Below the pieces are notes generated by a model. The model was not told the DNA's origin, searched no databases, and saw only the letters and a list, made by a program, of their open reading frames with translations. Below are positions 36,542 through 50,359 of a stretch of 64,000 bases of DNA, piece by piece; position 1 is the stretch's first letter, and each line of letters opens with the position of its first letter. Both the position numbers and the translations under genes were made by a program. The stretch covers positions 163,060,001-163,124,000 of the forward strand of contig NC_086103.1 of assembly GCF_963921235.1 (NCBI RefSeq), given 5' to 3'. Source of the stretch: Mobula hypostoma (lineage: Eukaryota).

Positions 36542-38692
36542 TTTTGCTGCCAATGGAAAAAACAAGGATTGGATCAAGATGTTATGAAAAAATAAATTCC
36601 ATTTTTAATAACTGTCACTTTAATGAACAGAACTAAACTGTAAACACTTATGTGCATACTTATTTTATGGGGGCGGAGGGCAGCTGCATAGCAAGATTAA
36701 ACCAGCAGACTCTAATTCAGGCAGTGATGACAGAATTTCAAGCAAGTTAAATACAAATTAGTTAACATTTTAATGTGGTGACACCAGAAAGTAGTCACTA
36801 AATCAGTTGCATAACATTTATAGAGTATATTCACACAGATCTTCACAGAACAACCTCATTTTCTTGTTTGGGCTGCTGAAAAATGATCTTGTAAAATATC
36901 CTCTAAAGATGAAGTGAGAATATTACTTTATACTGAATCCAATTTACCAGCCTCCAAAATTAATGCACTTCAAGGCCTACTTTGAAAGATTAAAAATCAT
37001 TTACAAACACTGCAATTACATAATACAAAATTAAAAACTGGAAAAACATAGTGATGACATAGTATGGAATGAGAAAAACAATTAACAGATTCGAGCTTTT
37101 CATTACAATTCACTGGCTTAAATGTTAATTCTATTTCTCTCTAAATGCTGTGTTTGTAATTGATTTTCAGCACCCTCTGTATATAGCTGTTGTGTACACA
37201 GCTATTAATGTATAGTCCATTTCCATAAGCTTACCAATACTACTAAAGTTCAGAAGTAAAAAGGGGCTTCTCAAATTTACCTTTAGGAGACAAGTTATCT
37301 TCAAAAACAAACACATCAATAATCTTATATATATATATATAGTCCAACAAGCTCCAGATTTGTCTGGTAATATTTCCAAAGCATATCATTGCTCCCTCAC
37401 TGAATGATGCCAGCAAAGTACTTGGTTAGTGCAATCCTTGTGAATATATATTATAGAATTTTTAAAGCACCCAAATGGCATTCCAGTCACTAGCTGTTCA
37501 ACAGCAGTTTTGGTTCTAACTCTCTACTGGAAAATTCAATAGCATTTTAAGTTCAAAGCCATTGCACATTTCTGTACAAGAAAAGGTGTTTTCAAGAACC
37601 AAAGCTGAGCTGGATCTTGTGAAGTCAATGGTCCAGGTTGGCAAGCAAAAGCAGTGAATGGCAAGAGGTCTGCTGTCTGACTGCTGATATCATAGGAACT
37701 GCTGCCTGCCAAAAATATTATGATCATATGAGGGAAGGTCATAACTGAATGTCTAAGGAGGAAGTGGGGCCAAACGTTCCTTAATAATTCTATCAATTTG
37801 ATCTAATTCACTCTGGAAAGCTCCAAAGGAGAAAAGCTAACCCATCCTTTGTATGACCAGTAGAGGAGCTGCCTAGATACATATACAGAGTTCATTTTGC
37901 TCTCAAGTAAAGCATTTTAAATCCATAAAACTGGTAATAAATCATTAATGAAACCGAATTTTCAAAACAGTCAGTGCTACTTACTGTTGAATTCATAACG
38001 TTCAACTACTTTTTAAAATATCAAAAATATTAGCCAGCACTCAACAAATGTTAGATTAAATGTCACGTTTTATTGCCTCCCCTACCACCATTAATTTAGG
38101 CCGATCCTTCAGCAACCAAGTTCCATTTGACAGCAAAGTGACGACACAACTGACCCCTTCACACACCGAAACACTTCAGATACACCGATGTCATCAGTAG
38201 GCGACACTGGCCAACTTCGTCTGACAATGACACTCATTCTGATGATACCCGCGTGATGAAGCCTAAGGAAGTATATTTGGCACACTGAGGTAATGCAGGC
38301 TTTTAGTAAAAGAGTGTAGTCAATCTCATTTCCCGTCCACCTCCATATAGATCTGCAAATTAGTTCCTATAAACTGTCTATTCAATTGTTTTGAAGGTAC
38401 TGATCGGTATGATTTTCACCAACCATCCGAAAGGACTGGCCCTGTTCCCAGATCCAAGGCCACCAGCACTCCACGTTAGATCCAGCTCAGCCTCGGTGAC
38501 AGACACAGATCTTCACCAAGCACTGCCTGTCACCACCCGGCCCTGGCGAGGAGCAATCGCAGCCTTCCCCTCTGCTCAGCGGAGGCCCAGCAACCCGATG
38601 AGCTGGCGGCGATGATGCAAACTGCTCCCCCCTCCTCGCCCGCCCTTTGTCAATTACCCCGCTCCCCCCGTCATTCGTCATTATCATCTTAC

Positions 38693-38790
38693 CTCAGGGG
38701 GCTGCTAACCCCACCTGGTCAAATCCCGAAACGGACCCACATTAAGCCACAAACTTCCGCGCACTTCACTCTCACTCGTCGCTTCCCCTC
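38693..38790 (-). other. UNC50: Probable non-coding first exon of UNC50 (5' end approximate)
   Basis: Strong minus-strand donor TGAG|gtaaga at 38693/38692 inside the CpG-rich block. The ATG exon has an acceptor only 5 nt upstream of the ATG, so an upstream exon is needed. Confidence 0.65.
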
Positions 38791-39112
38791 CAACCGGATG
38801 GCAAAACACGAGCGAGCGGCGTCACAGACGTCTGACGCGCGCGGGGAGTTGCGGGTGATGTAGTCCAATGTTCCTTGACATACCCCCGCCATGACCAGGA
38901 TGTGGCCCCTCGGAAACTATCACTTCCAGGAGGCATTGCGGTGGAGAGGGCACTGTCCCAGAATTCAGTGCGCCGGGGGTTAAGTCAGGGCGGTGGGGAC
39001 AAATCCCTCCGGCAAGGCGAGGGGGAACGGGTTGTCGAGTACTTAACCCAGGTTGGTGGGGTAGTGGTCTGCGAGTCCCTTCGAGAATATTCAGAGGGGT
39101 CGGCGTGTCGTG
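38750..39112. promoter_or_regulatory. Bidirectional CpG-island promoter shared by UNC50 and COA5
   Basis: High CpG density in a CpG-poor window. Motifs: ETS-like ACTTCCG (38753-38759); paired CRE half-sites (CGTCA/TGACG, 38820-38837); ACTAYRnnnCCCR motif on the minus strand (38852-38864); SBS-like AACTATCACTTCCAGGAGGCATTGCG (38915-38940); TCCCAGAATTCAGTGCG (~38957-38973). Confidence 0.8.
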
Positions 39113-39214
39113 ATGCCGAAGTATTATGAAGACAAGGAGGAGGACGGTTCACCGTGTTCGGGGGTGAAGGAAGACCTGAAGTCTTGTTTACTGGGACTCG
39201 ACTGTGTGCTCAAG
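39113..39214 (+). CDS. COA5: COA5 coding exon 1
   Basis: ATG CCG AAG TAT TAT ... CTC AAG|gtgcgg; 34 codons. Confidence 0.95.
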
Positions 39215-42200
39215 GTGCGGATAGCACTTTCGGAGTTAAACTAGGAGTCTTTATGGGGTAGGCGTTGGGTGGGCGAAGAGAACTTTAACCAGCGCTGATT
39301 GTTTCGCCCTGTCTTAATGAACAGAGATCGATCTGGTGGCAATTACCTCAATGTTTGGAAAACAAAACACTTGTGGAGTAGGACAGTGAAAGTAATTAAA
39401 CTATACTTGCAGAAAAAAAGAGAGGGTGCAGGTGCGATGGCCCAATGGGCCATTACTCTCAGGTTTTCCTGAGCATAGGCGACCTCAGCTGAAATTCCTA
39501 ATGGTTTGGGGATTTCCTTTAGTATTCTCAGAAACAGTTAAACAAATCGTGTGGGAGCCGTTGTTTAATTATCTACCAGTTGGTATTTTTGAAATGCCAT
39601 GAGTTTAACTTGATATTATTATTATGATATTGGCTGAATGTTTTCGCCAAGGGACGTTTAAGGAGAAGTAGTGATTGATGCTTTTCACACTGGAGTGAAG
39701 AATACAAAAGTGCTTCCTAAGAGTTGGGGTATTCGGACACTCCCAACAGGAAATTTACAAACGGGTCACAATTTGAAAATGTAGATGATAAGAGATAGGA
39801 ACAGACTTAAAGAGGACTGGCAATGGATATTATTAAGGACAATATAAACTACAGTATATTACTATATTTTAAATAATATGCTGGAAGAAATTATGTAAAA
39901 TGTACATTTTTGTTGGCAGGGCATCTTAAGAAAGCTGTTTTAAAAATTGGTGGAAGTTTGGCTGTATTTATCACAGAAACAAGCCATTTGAGTCTGCCAG
40001 TTCTGAGCACTTGCATTTGCATACATATTTCATTTTACCCAACTTCATACTGGTTGTCCAAGAGCTTCACTGTGATTGTCCTATTACTGACCTGCAGCAG
40101 ATGTAATTTTTAGGGACTAATTAGCCTGCATCATTGGGATGTGAGAGGAAATCGGAGCACATGGATGGAAGAAACATATTGTCACAGGCAGAATGTGCAA
40201 AATCCATATCTACAGCACAGGAGGTCAGGGCTGATCCTGGGTCATTGTATCCACAAAGTGGGTGAACTATCTGCTGAACCACTTCGACAATCTGTAACGT
40301 GTAATTGTATAAGAAAGACAAGATGTTCCTCTGGAATCTAGAAGTATAAAATCAGACCTGTGCGCAACTTTATATTAGAAGCAGTATTTTGAAAATAATA
40401 TTCCCAAATTCTATCACAGGATCAATACTTATAATTGCTGATACTGATAATAAATTTTGCTTTACAAATGCAGCTTTTTAAATGACAGAGGTTGTATAAT
40501 AGAACACAGTAATCAAGGAGGCAAATGGGTATGGAACCAGAAGTAGTGGGTGAGGGGTGGAAAGGAGCTGGCAGTAAATGATTTGGAAGGTACAGCTAAC
40601 AAATATTGTCATGGCCAAATTGATTATGGAAACATAAAGGTGAATGATTTGCCCAAATATGTTTTCAATAACTGCAAATACCCAATTTTGCCAAACAGCC
40701 ATGAACTGCATCCCAAAATTGAACGCCATTTGGGGAAAAAAAACTACCATCTGTAATAGGGTCAAGTCTACATCAGATTACTTAAATTTAACTTCTTTAC
40801 TTTAAGTAGGAAGGAAAGACACCAAAGCAGTGCTTGAAAGAAGGACATTGCAAAGCTTTGCAGCTTACTTTCTTTGAATGTAAGAGGTCAATGGTATGTA
40901 TCAGTTGTAAGCGTCAAATTTATTAATGTTTATATACAGCATCATATTTGCAGTATACCTAATAGTTGATGTTGTTTTGAATATTTATAAGAGTTTACAG
41001 ATCTTCCAGTGCCCATGATCTCAAGTTTGATATTTCTATTTTCTCTGAAGTGGAGTCTTATTTCTCAGTTTTGTCAAAAAACAAAATCAACAGCTTTCTT
41101 CCAAGAGTTTTTGTGTTTTTTAATATAAAGTACATACCTTGACCTTTAGGCTGTGTTTATTTAATACGTACTTATGGAAGAATAAATATCACTGCTTGAG
41201 GTTTTGCAACAAGTTTGCGGTTTTGATACCCGTGATTTTGTGGGAAAATTTCTGTGCAAATGTCACTCCACTCTTTAAGAAGGAAGGAGGGGTGCAGAAG
41301 AAAGGAAATGATAAGTCAGTTATCATGACTCTAGTGTTTGGAAGATGTTGGATTCCATTTATTAAGGATGAGGTTTTGGGGTACTTGGAATAGGCCAATG
41401 TCAGCATGGTTTCCTTGAAGGGAAATCTTGCCTAATAAATCTGTTGAAATTCTTTGAGGAAATAACAGGCAGGATGGACAAAGGAGAGTCAGTGGATGTT
41501 GTTTACTTGGCTTTGTTGAAGGCCTTTGACAAGGTGCTGCACGTTAAGAGCCCATTGTATTACTGAAAAGATACTAGCATGGATCGAAGATTGGCTGACT
41601 GGCAGGAGGGAAAGAGTGAGAATGAAGGGATTCTATTCTGGTTGGCCGCCAGTAACTAGTTGTGTTCTGCAGGGATTGGTATTGAGAATGTTTCTCACAA
41701 TGTACGTCAATAATTTGGATGACAGAACTGATGGCTTTGAGGCCAAGCTTGCAGATGATACAAAGGTAGGGGGAGGGTGGGTAGTGTTGAGGAAACGGAG
41801 TCTGCAGAAGGACTTGGAGAATGGGAAGTTGAGGCAGATGGAATATAGTGTAGGGAAATGTATGGTCATGCAGCTTGATAGCAGGAATAAAGGTGCAGTC
41901 TGTTTTCCATACAAGGAGAAAATTCAAAAATCAGATATGCAAAGGGTTTGAGAGTTCGCCTGCCGGACTTCCTAAAGGTTAACCTACAGGTTGAGTTGGT
42001 GATAAGGAAAGCAAATGCAATGTTAGCATTTATTTCAAGAGGACTATAATATAAGAGCAAGGATGTAATGCTGATGCACGATAAGGCCCTGGTCAGGCTG
42101 TACTTGGAGTATTGTGAGCAGTTTTAGGCCCCTTGTCTAAGAAGATTACTGGCATTGTAGAGGGTCCGGGGAACTTCATGAGAATGACTCTGGGAATGAA

Positions 42201-45200
42201 AAGGTTAATGTATGAGGGGTTTTTGGCTCTATGGAATTTAGAAGTATGGTGGGGGGGGGGGGAACGGAATCTCATTGAAACCTCTAGAATATTGAAAGGC
42301 CTAGATAGAGTGGATGTGGAGAGGATGATTCTAGGACCAAAGGGCACAGGCTCAGAATGAAAGGGACGTCCATTTGGAATAGAGATGAGGACTTTCTGTA
42401 GCCAGAGGGTGGTGAATCTGTGGAATTCATTGCTACAGAAGGCAGTGGAGGCCAAGTCACTGAGTATATTTAAAGCAGAGTTTGATAGGTGCTTGATTAG
42501 TGAGTGCATCAAAAGTTATGGGGGGAAGACGGGAGAATGGGGTTGACAGCGATATCAAATCAACCGTGATGGAATGGCAGATAAGACTCTGGGCCAAATG
42601 GCCTAATTCTGCTCCAATGTCTTATGGTCTTAGCTGATTGAAATACCACAAATTGCTGGAGCATGAGTGAGCTATGCTCATTAACTATGTTCCAGGCCAT
42701 GCCCCAGTTTGGATATGTGAGTTTCTGTCAACCGTGCTTGGCCAGGGATATCTTAGCAGAATTGCAGACTCCCATAACTCATGCTAATCACTTAAACTGA
42801 CTAACGACCAGCAGTCATTCCAGCATCAGACCCAGGCATGTTTTTCTTCTGCTTAGTACTTCAATTAGTAATTCAAACTGAGTTGAATTCAATTAAATGA
42901 TTTGTATTTGTTATATTAGAAAACTTCAACTGAGGTTGGGTAAAAATAGAGACTGTTGGAATTGCTCAATAACTATTGATCAATTAAACTGAAATGTTAA
43001 ATTTTCCTCTCCAAGTCCAGCCTGAGCTGAGCATTACAACATTTTATGTCAGATTTTGGGTATTGATAGTTATTTTGTTTCTTGTCAAGTAGCTTCTGCT
43101 ACAGTACATAGAAGAATGAAAATAATAGTGACTAACAATAACTTTCATCACTGGACAGAGAAAACTGTCTTACCTCATGACAGTTAATTGAATTGACTTT
43201 ATTTCTTGCATCCTTTACGTTACATCTCCATCTAAATGTGCAATCATGTACTTTATAATTTATAATAAATAGAACAGTCAATGTAATATAGAGTACATTC
43301 AAGTCAGCGTGAGTTCATCAGTCTGTTGGCCTGGTGGAAGAAGCTGTCCAGGAGCCTGTTGGTCCTGGCTTTTATGCTGCGATACCGCTTCCTCGATGGT
43401 AGGAGCTGGAACAGATTGTGGTTGGGATGGCTTGGATCCCCAATGATCTTACAGACCCTTTTTTTTTTACACACCTGTTCTTGTAAATGTCCTGAATCAT
43501 GGGAAGTTCACAACTACAGATGCACTGGGCTGTCCGCACCACTCTCTGCAGAGTCCTGCGATTAAGTGAGGTACAGTTCCCATACCTTCAGTGATGCAGC
43601 CAGTCAGGATGCTCTCAATTGTGCCCCTGTAGAAAGTTCTTAGGATTTGGGGGCTCATACCAAACTTCCTCAACCGGCTGAGGTGAAAGACGAGCTGTCG
43701 TGCCTTTTTCACCACACAGCTGGTGTGTACAGACCACGTGAGCTCCTCGGTGATGTGGATGCCAAGGAATTTGAAGCTGTTTACCCTCCCAACCCCAGAT
43801 TCATTGATGTCAATAGGGGCTAGCCTGTCTCTATTCCGCCTGTAAACCACAACCGGCTCCTTTGTTTTTGCGACATTGTGGGAGACGTTATTTTCTTAAT
43901 ACCACTGTGTCAGAGAGATGACTTCTTCCCTGTAGGCCACACCATTATTATTTGAGATAAGGCCAATCAATGTAGTGTTGTTGGCAAATTTAATTAGCAG
44001 ATTGGAGCTGTTGGTGGCGATACAGTCATGGGTATACAGGGAGTAAAGGAGGGGACTCAGTACACAGCCCTGAGGGGCTCTTGTATTGAGAGTCAGAGGG
44101 GTCGAAGGTGAGGGAGCCCACTCTTACCACTTGCTGGCGATCTGACAGGAAGTCCAGGATCCAGCTGCACAAGGCAGGGTCAAGGCCAAGGTCTCTGAGC
44201 TTCTTATCAAGCCTGGATGGAACTATGGTGTTGAATGCTGAACTGTAGTCCAAGAACAGCATTCTCACATAAGCATCCTTCTCCAGGTGTCTAAAGACAG
44301 TATGTAGAGCAATGGCTATTCCATCATCTGTCAATCGGTTGTGTCGGTAGCTGAATTGTAGGGGGTCCAGTTTGGGTGGTAGCAAGCTGTAGATGTAATC
44401 CTTGACCAGCCTCTCAAAGCATTTGCTTATTCACTCTTTAAGATCTTCCCAGTTTATACCTTATAAAAATTCCACCCTTGATGTATTTTCCCATAAACCC
44501 TGTTCCAGTCATAATCAATTTGTTTAATTTCATGGATGAGTGATTTTGCATGTGAGTGTAAGCTAGAGTTACCAAAAAAAGTTCTGGCAAGACTGCATCA
44601 CTGTAAACCCAGTGTAGTATGAAAATAATGAATTGTTCACTTTGGTATACTGTTGATAGACCGTGGAATGGTACCACATGGGCATTTTATTTTGGCCCTT
44701 TGACCCACATGACTGTGCTAAATATGATGCTAATGTAACTAATTCCATCCACCTGCATGTGGTCTCTTTGCTGCCTATTCATATGACGGTCTAAATGCCT
44801 CTTAAACGCTGCTATCATGTGTTCTTGTACTATCTCCAATAGAAACACAATCCAGGTACCTACCACTGTGTAAGTGAATTAATAAAACTGGCCTTGCACA
44901 TCTTCATTAATCTTTTCCTTACTGTCATCTTAAATTGTGCCCTCTAAATGGGGAAAAAGACTCACTATCTAGCCTATCTATGCCCTTCATAATTTCATAA
45001 ACTTCTATCATGTTGTCCCTCAGCCTTCAGTGCTCCATTGAAAGCAAGCCAATTTTGTCCAGCCTCTCCTTGTAGCTAGTCCATTCCTTGGTGAACCACT
45101 TCTGTAGTCTCCCCAAAGCCTCCACGTTCTTCCCATAGTGTGGCAAGTAGACCTGTGCGCAGAACTCTGAACAGTACTCTGAATATGTCTAACCAAAATT

Positions 45201-47911
45201 TTATGCAGCTGCAATGTGTTGCTAATTTTTATAGTAATGCCCTGACTGAAAAAGCAAGCATAAGACATAGGAACAGAATTAGACCATTCAGCCCATCGAG
45301 ACTGCTCCACCTTATTTACTATCCCACTCAACCCCATTTTCCTGCCTAAAACCTGTAAACTTTGATGCCTTGATTAATCGAAAACCTTAAATATACCCAA
45401 TGACTTGGCCTCCACAGCTGTCTGCTGCAATGAGTTCCACAGATTTGCCACCCTCAGGCTAAAGAATTTTTTTCCTCATCTCTTTAATAAATGTACACCC
45501 CTCTGTTCCCATCCACTCAAAACAAATGCTAACATTGCATTTGCCTTCCTTACCACTTAACCTACGAGTTAACCTTTAGGGAATCCTGCGCGAGGACTCT
45601 CCCAATCAGAGTTTTCATCTGATTTTTGAATATGCCTTTGTAACCACCCTATCCACTTGTCTTTTCACTTTCAGGGAGCTATGGACTTGCACCCCAAGAA
45701 CTCTCTGTACATCAGCTATTCTAAAGTCCTGCCATTTACTGAGTATTCTCCTCTTTGATTTGGCCTTCCAAAATGCATCACTTCACACTTGTCTGGATTA
45801 AATTCCAAGTGTCATTTCTCTGTCCAGATTTTCACTACGCCATGTCCTGCTGTATCTTTTGACAACCATCTTCATAATTTACAATTTCACTAATTTTCGT
45901 ATTGTTAAAAAACTGATCAGGCCACTTGTGTTTCCATCCAAATTATTTAGAGATGATGTTGAAGCTGGAAGCATGGCAACATTTGCAGACATTTTCAGAA
46001 GGTTAAGTCACGTAGGATCCAATGTGAGTTGGACACAGAATTAACTTGACTGTAGATGACAAGAGGGTGGTGATGGAGAGGTTCAAATATGTATCTATAT
46101 ACAACTCAGATTCAGCTATCTGGAGAAGACTGTCCTCAGAGTTGTATATGGATGCATACTTTGTTAATGAACTTTATAGAACCAAATTCCCAGTACTAAT
46201 CCTTATGGAATGTCACCGTCACAGACTCTCCAGTCAGAAAATCGCCCCTCCTTAATCTTCTGAACCTCATTGAATACTTTACAAAATCCATGCACTATCC
46301 TACCCTTGATCGTAGGGCTCTGCAGAGAGTGGTGCGGACAGCCCAGTTGTGAACTTCCCATGATTCAGGACACTCATAAGGACAGGTGTGTAAAAAGGGC
46401 CCGTAGGATCATTAGGGACTAAGCCATCCCAACCACAATCTATTCCAGCTGCTACCATCCGGGGAGTGGTACTGCTTTATAAAAGTCAGGACCATCAGGC
46501 TCCAGGACAGCTTCTTCCACCAGGCCATCAGACTGATGAACTCACGCTGACTTAAGTGTACTCTATATTACATTGACTGTTCTATTTATTATAAATTGCT
46601 ATGATTGCACATTAAAATGGAGATGTAACGTAAAGATTTTTAATCCTCGTATGTGAAGGATGTAAGAAATAGTCAATTCAATTCATCAATCATCTTCAAA
46701 GATCAGCTTTATATGTCACATGTACATCAAAACATACAATAAAAATGCACCATTTGCATCAAATCAGATCAGTGTTGGATGTGCTAGGTATAGCCCTCAA
46801 ATGTCGCCATGCTCCTGGTGTCAACGTGGCATGTCCAGGACCGACTGGCATTTACCATACATCATTGGAAAGTGGGAGGAGACCAGAGCACCCAGTTATA
46901 GGAACCCCAGTTTTGATGATCACTGGCACTGTAAAGTGATGGCACTAACTGCTACACTGTATGACCACCTTAAAAATCACAATCAAGTCTTTTATGTCGG
47001 ACCTCCCTGCACAAAGCTGTTCTGACTAACCAAAATATGTTTGTTCTTTTTCAAATGCAAGTAAATACTCTCAAAGAATTGTCTCCAATAATTTCCCTAT
47101 CGCAATTTTAAGTGTTTAACATTCTAGTGTATAATTTCTTGGATCATCCCTGTTTTCCTTAAAAGAACTAGTCACCAGTGTCCCGTGACCTTGTATTTGG
47201 CTAAGAAGATTCTAAGATCTTGCATTCCTTACACCTTCGAGGGGTGCCCCATGGAATCAGTGCTTGCTAAAAGATCAATCTCAGTCCACTAACTTTAACT
47301 GTGATCTACAAACGTTTATACATTTTCCACATTCCTATCAAGTCCCCTGAGATTCCACTCATGCAGTTTAAGGGCAATTTACAAAGGTCATTTAAACTAC
47401 TAACCAGCATGTTTTTGGAATATGGGAGCACTGGGGGAACTCCACACCTGGGAAGGATGTGCTAAGTCTACACAGCACCTAAGGTCAGGATTGACCCTGG
47501 GTCACTAGAGCTGTGAAGAAGCAGCTTGACGAGCTGTGCTACTATTCTGCCCCTTGCTTTATTATATCTAAATTGTTGCAGAACCTGCCTTTGCTAAGGA
47601 GCCCTTAATTTTTCATAGCATTAGTTTTGTGTCTAACTTGTTAGTCTTCGTGTTCTTTGGAGTTCATGCTCCTTTCCATTAGCCAATGTATTTTTCCAAT
47701 TACAGCACTAAGTCTGGTTGGAATCTTGGAGAAAAGTTAATAATTGGAAATGAATGTTGCCTTATAGAGCATACTCAAAAGGTTGTGGTTGTGTTAATCA
47801 TGCCCTATAGTTTCTGAAGTGCAGAAGCACTGCATTATAAAGCACTAATGTCTTTATGATTTCTTTTAGCTGGATAACAGAACTCGTTTCAGAGGAAGAA
47901 AAGGATATTAG
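39113..47911 (+). CDS. COA5: COA5 (cytochrome c oxidase assembly factor 5, Pet191 family), 75 aa; join(39113..39214,40810..40893,47870..47911)
   Basis: [34 protein letters not shown]|[28 protein letters not shown]|[13 protein letters not shown]. Twin CX9C motifs, the Pet191-type FECKRS.LD.R.RFRG tail, and phase-0 GT-AG introns. Absent from the ORF track because the exons are short. Confidence 0.96.
40810..40893 (+). CDS. COA5: COA5 coding exon 2
   Basis: aagtag|GAA GGA AAG ... TCA ATG|gtatgt; 28 codons. Confidence 0.95.
41255..42632 (+). mobile_element. CR1 LINE, 5'-truncated, in COA5 intron 2
   Basis: [28 protein letters not shown] motifs; tcttatggtctta tail. Confidence 0.88.
43185..44430 (-). 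mobile_element. Rex1/Babar LINE, 5'-truncated
   Basis: [24 protein letters not shown]; [26 protein letters not shown]; (tcaat)n tail. Confidence 0.87.
44680..45950 (-). mobile_element. Degenerate nested CR1 fragments
   Basis: Two interleaved minus-strand CR1 3' remnants, the second at ~45260-45635. Confidence 0.6.
46310..46685 (+). mobile_element. Rex1/Babar LINE 3' end
   Basis: Reverse-complement similar to 43190-43565; (caatt)n tail. Confidence 0.8.
47870..47911 (+). CDS. COA5: COA5 terminal coding exon
   Basis: ttttag|CTG GAT AAC ... GGA TAT TAG; AATAAA at 47961-47966 and 48303-48308. Confidence 0.94.
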   Translation: MDNRTRFRGRKGY

Positions 47912-48450
47912 CAATCCAGCTATAATGGAGCAATGATACAGAACTTGCATATGCTGCAGAAATAAAATAATGACAGTACATACACCTTAGAAAATTGGTG
48001 TTGTATCAAATGTTTATTGTGAGAAATGAAGAGATTTTTTTTTAAATTTAATTTTACTCATGTGCAATGTCTTGTTTGATCCTTTTACCTTCTGAAATCA
48101 TTTTGCAATTAAAGAGATTCTGTGGGCACCGGGTCAAGATAAAGTTTCCAGATATTTTCACATCAATTTTGAGAAATTAATTTTATTTAAGGATACTATT
48201 TACAATACAAAGATTTGTTTTGTTACAGAATTTAACAATTGGGGAAGTGTCTTTCATTGTGTACAAGACACACTAATGAAGTTCACATTGATGGTGTAAT
48301 TTAATAAAATAATAGGCATGTTATGAAAATAAGTAAATATATCTCAAGTTTTGGTAAAATACTATTGCAATCAACTTTTGTATTCATCACAGTCAAAACA
48401 AAGAAACAAGTTGTCAATATTTTTGTAATTGGTTGTCTGGTGAACTGTAA

Positions 48451-48550
48451 TACACACAAAATGCTGGAGAAACTCAGCAGGTCAGGTGGAACCTATGGAA
48501 AGGAATGAAGAGTTGATGTTTCAGGCCGAGCCCCTTCTTTAGGACAGGAC
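48451..48550 (-). mobile_element. ~100-bp PLE-derived hammerhead mini-element, core mutated
   Basis: TSD TGAACTGTAA at 48441-48450 and 48551-48560; body homologous to 34675-34772. Confidence 0.8.
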
Positions 48551-49186
48551 TGAACTGTAACTCTTCCTGTTGAAAGATTTTATGAAAGAAAGATTGTTTG
48601 ATGTCCTTTCAAGTTTCTTTTAATGCTTCATAACCTGGTAATTTCTTCAGAACCATTTCTAGTAGCAAACACCTAGCAGCCAGTTAACACACCTGAATCC
48701 CAACAAGACAACACATGAGCAAAATTATTGATCACTTGAATTGTCTTAAAATCAGTTTTGTTAATATGAACTATGAGGTCCTTGGTTTAAATGTTCATCT
48801 TCTAAAGTACTAGCCTGCAGCGAAGTACTGGTAATGCTGGAAATCTGAATGCAAACAAAATGATAGCAGTACTTAGCTGTTATTTTAGGTAAATGGCTTT
48901 TCATCAGTTAAAATTGAATTAATTTGAAATTGTTGATCTCATTGTTTAATCCAATTGCTGTTATGCACAGTGTCAGAAGTTTAGATGTCGTACTTTTGAT
49001 TTGCTAGGAGTTTCATTCAAGGGATGTAAGGAGAGTATGAATGGGATGGAGAATTAACATGCAAGGCAACTGGAAGCTTAGGTCACCCAAGTAGATGCAG
49101 CAGAGGTGCTCCCCAACATAATGTATCACACAGGACAACTAAATACAAAATTGGAAGAAGTAAAAGTTTTTTCTTCTTCTCCACCC

Positions 49187-49708
49187 TGGCCACTTTATTA
49201 GGTATATGTGTACAACAGCTTGTTAATACAAGTATCTAATCAGCCAATCATGTGGCAGTAACTCAATACATAAAAGCATCCAAACATGATTAAGAGGTTC
49301 AATTGTTCAGACCAAACATCAGAATGGGGAAGGGATGTGATTAAAGTGACTTTGACCATGGAACTATTGTTGTTTCCAGATTGGATGGCTTGAGTATCTT
49401 AGAAGCTGCTGATCTTCTGGGATTTTCATGCACAACAGTCTCTAGAGTTTGCATAGAATGGTACAAAAAGAATAAACATTTACTGAGTGGCAGTTCTGTG
49501 AGCAAAAATGCCTTGTTAATGAGTGAGGTCAGAGGAGAATGGCCAGACTGGTTCAAGCTGACAGGAAGGTGACAGTAATTCAACCACAGATTACAACTGG
49601 TGGGCAGGAAAGCATCTCTGAATGTACAACATGTTGAACCTTGAAGTGAATGAGCTACAGTAGCAGAAGACCACACCAGGTTCCACTCCTCTATCTAATA
49701 AAGTGGCC
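49187..49708. mobile_element. Tc1/mariner-type MITE
   Basis: TIRs ggccactttattag ... ctaataaagtggcc; same family as 22830-23349. Confidence 0.78.
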
Positions 49709-50359
49709 GAGTCTACCATAAGTCTTCTGATTGTTGCTTACTTACATGGATGAAATGTTTAGGGTTGCAGAGATGGGAAGTGAGAGGGTAAATGGCACGG
49801 TATTGCATCTGAAGTCACTGTGAGTAGGAGAGTGCATGGTCCTGGGGATGAAAGATGAACCAAAGTAATCTGGAGAAAATAATTCCTTCAGCATATTGCA
49901 AGAATCTTCTATTTAGCATATTTGCAGTGCCACAAAGCAAAAAGGAGTGTCCTTTATACAGCACTTTGTCGCAACAATGACTCTGATAGTCATTAATATC
50001 AATGCTATCAAGGGCATATAGATTAGTGAGAGTGGGGTCAAGTAGATTTATCCCTTGTGTTGCTGCACTCACAACCTGACACAGTCTGACAGTTAGTGTC
50101 CTTGAGACTTTGTCAGTGGTAGTATCACCTTGCCACTCTTGGTGGTGGGCATATCCCCTACATGTGGCCTTGCTACTTCTAATGCTTATTACTAGTGTTC
50201 AACGTAGAGGTGCATTCATTCATACGCTGAAGAAGAATAGTAGGTGGCCCTTAGGAGATTGTTTTATCTATTTTTGTCTGTTTTTACATTAGTTGATCAA
50301 GGAATTTTAGAAATGGTTATTTTTAAAAGGCATTTGATTTAGTGTTCTATTCCAATTGA

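Noticed and set aside
36209-36577. ORF-track boundaries for UNC50
   Set aside because: The ORF runs into introns on both sides; the true coding part is 36262-36541.
38391-39129. GC-rich ORFs in the promoter
   Set aside because: Stop-poor CpG-island sequence with no protein similarity; the real COA5 frame starts at 39113.
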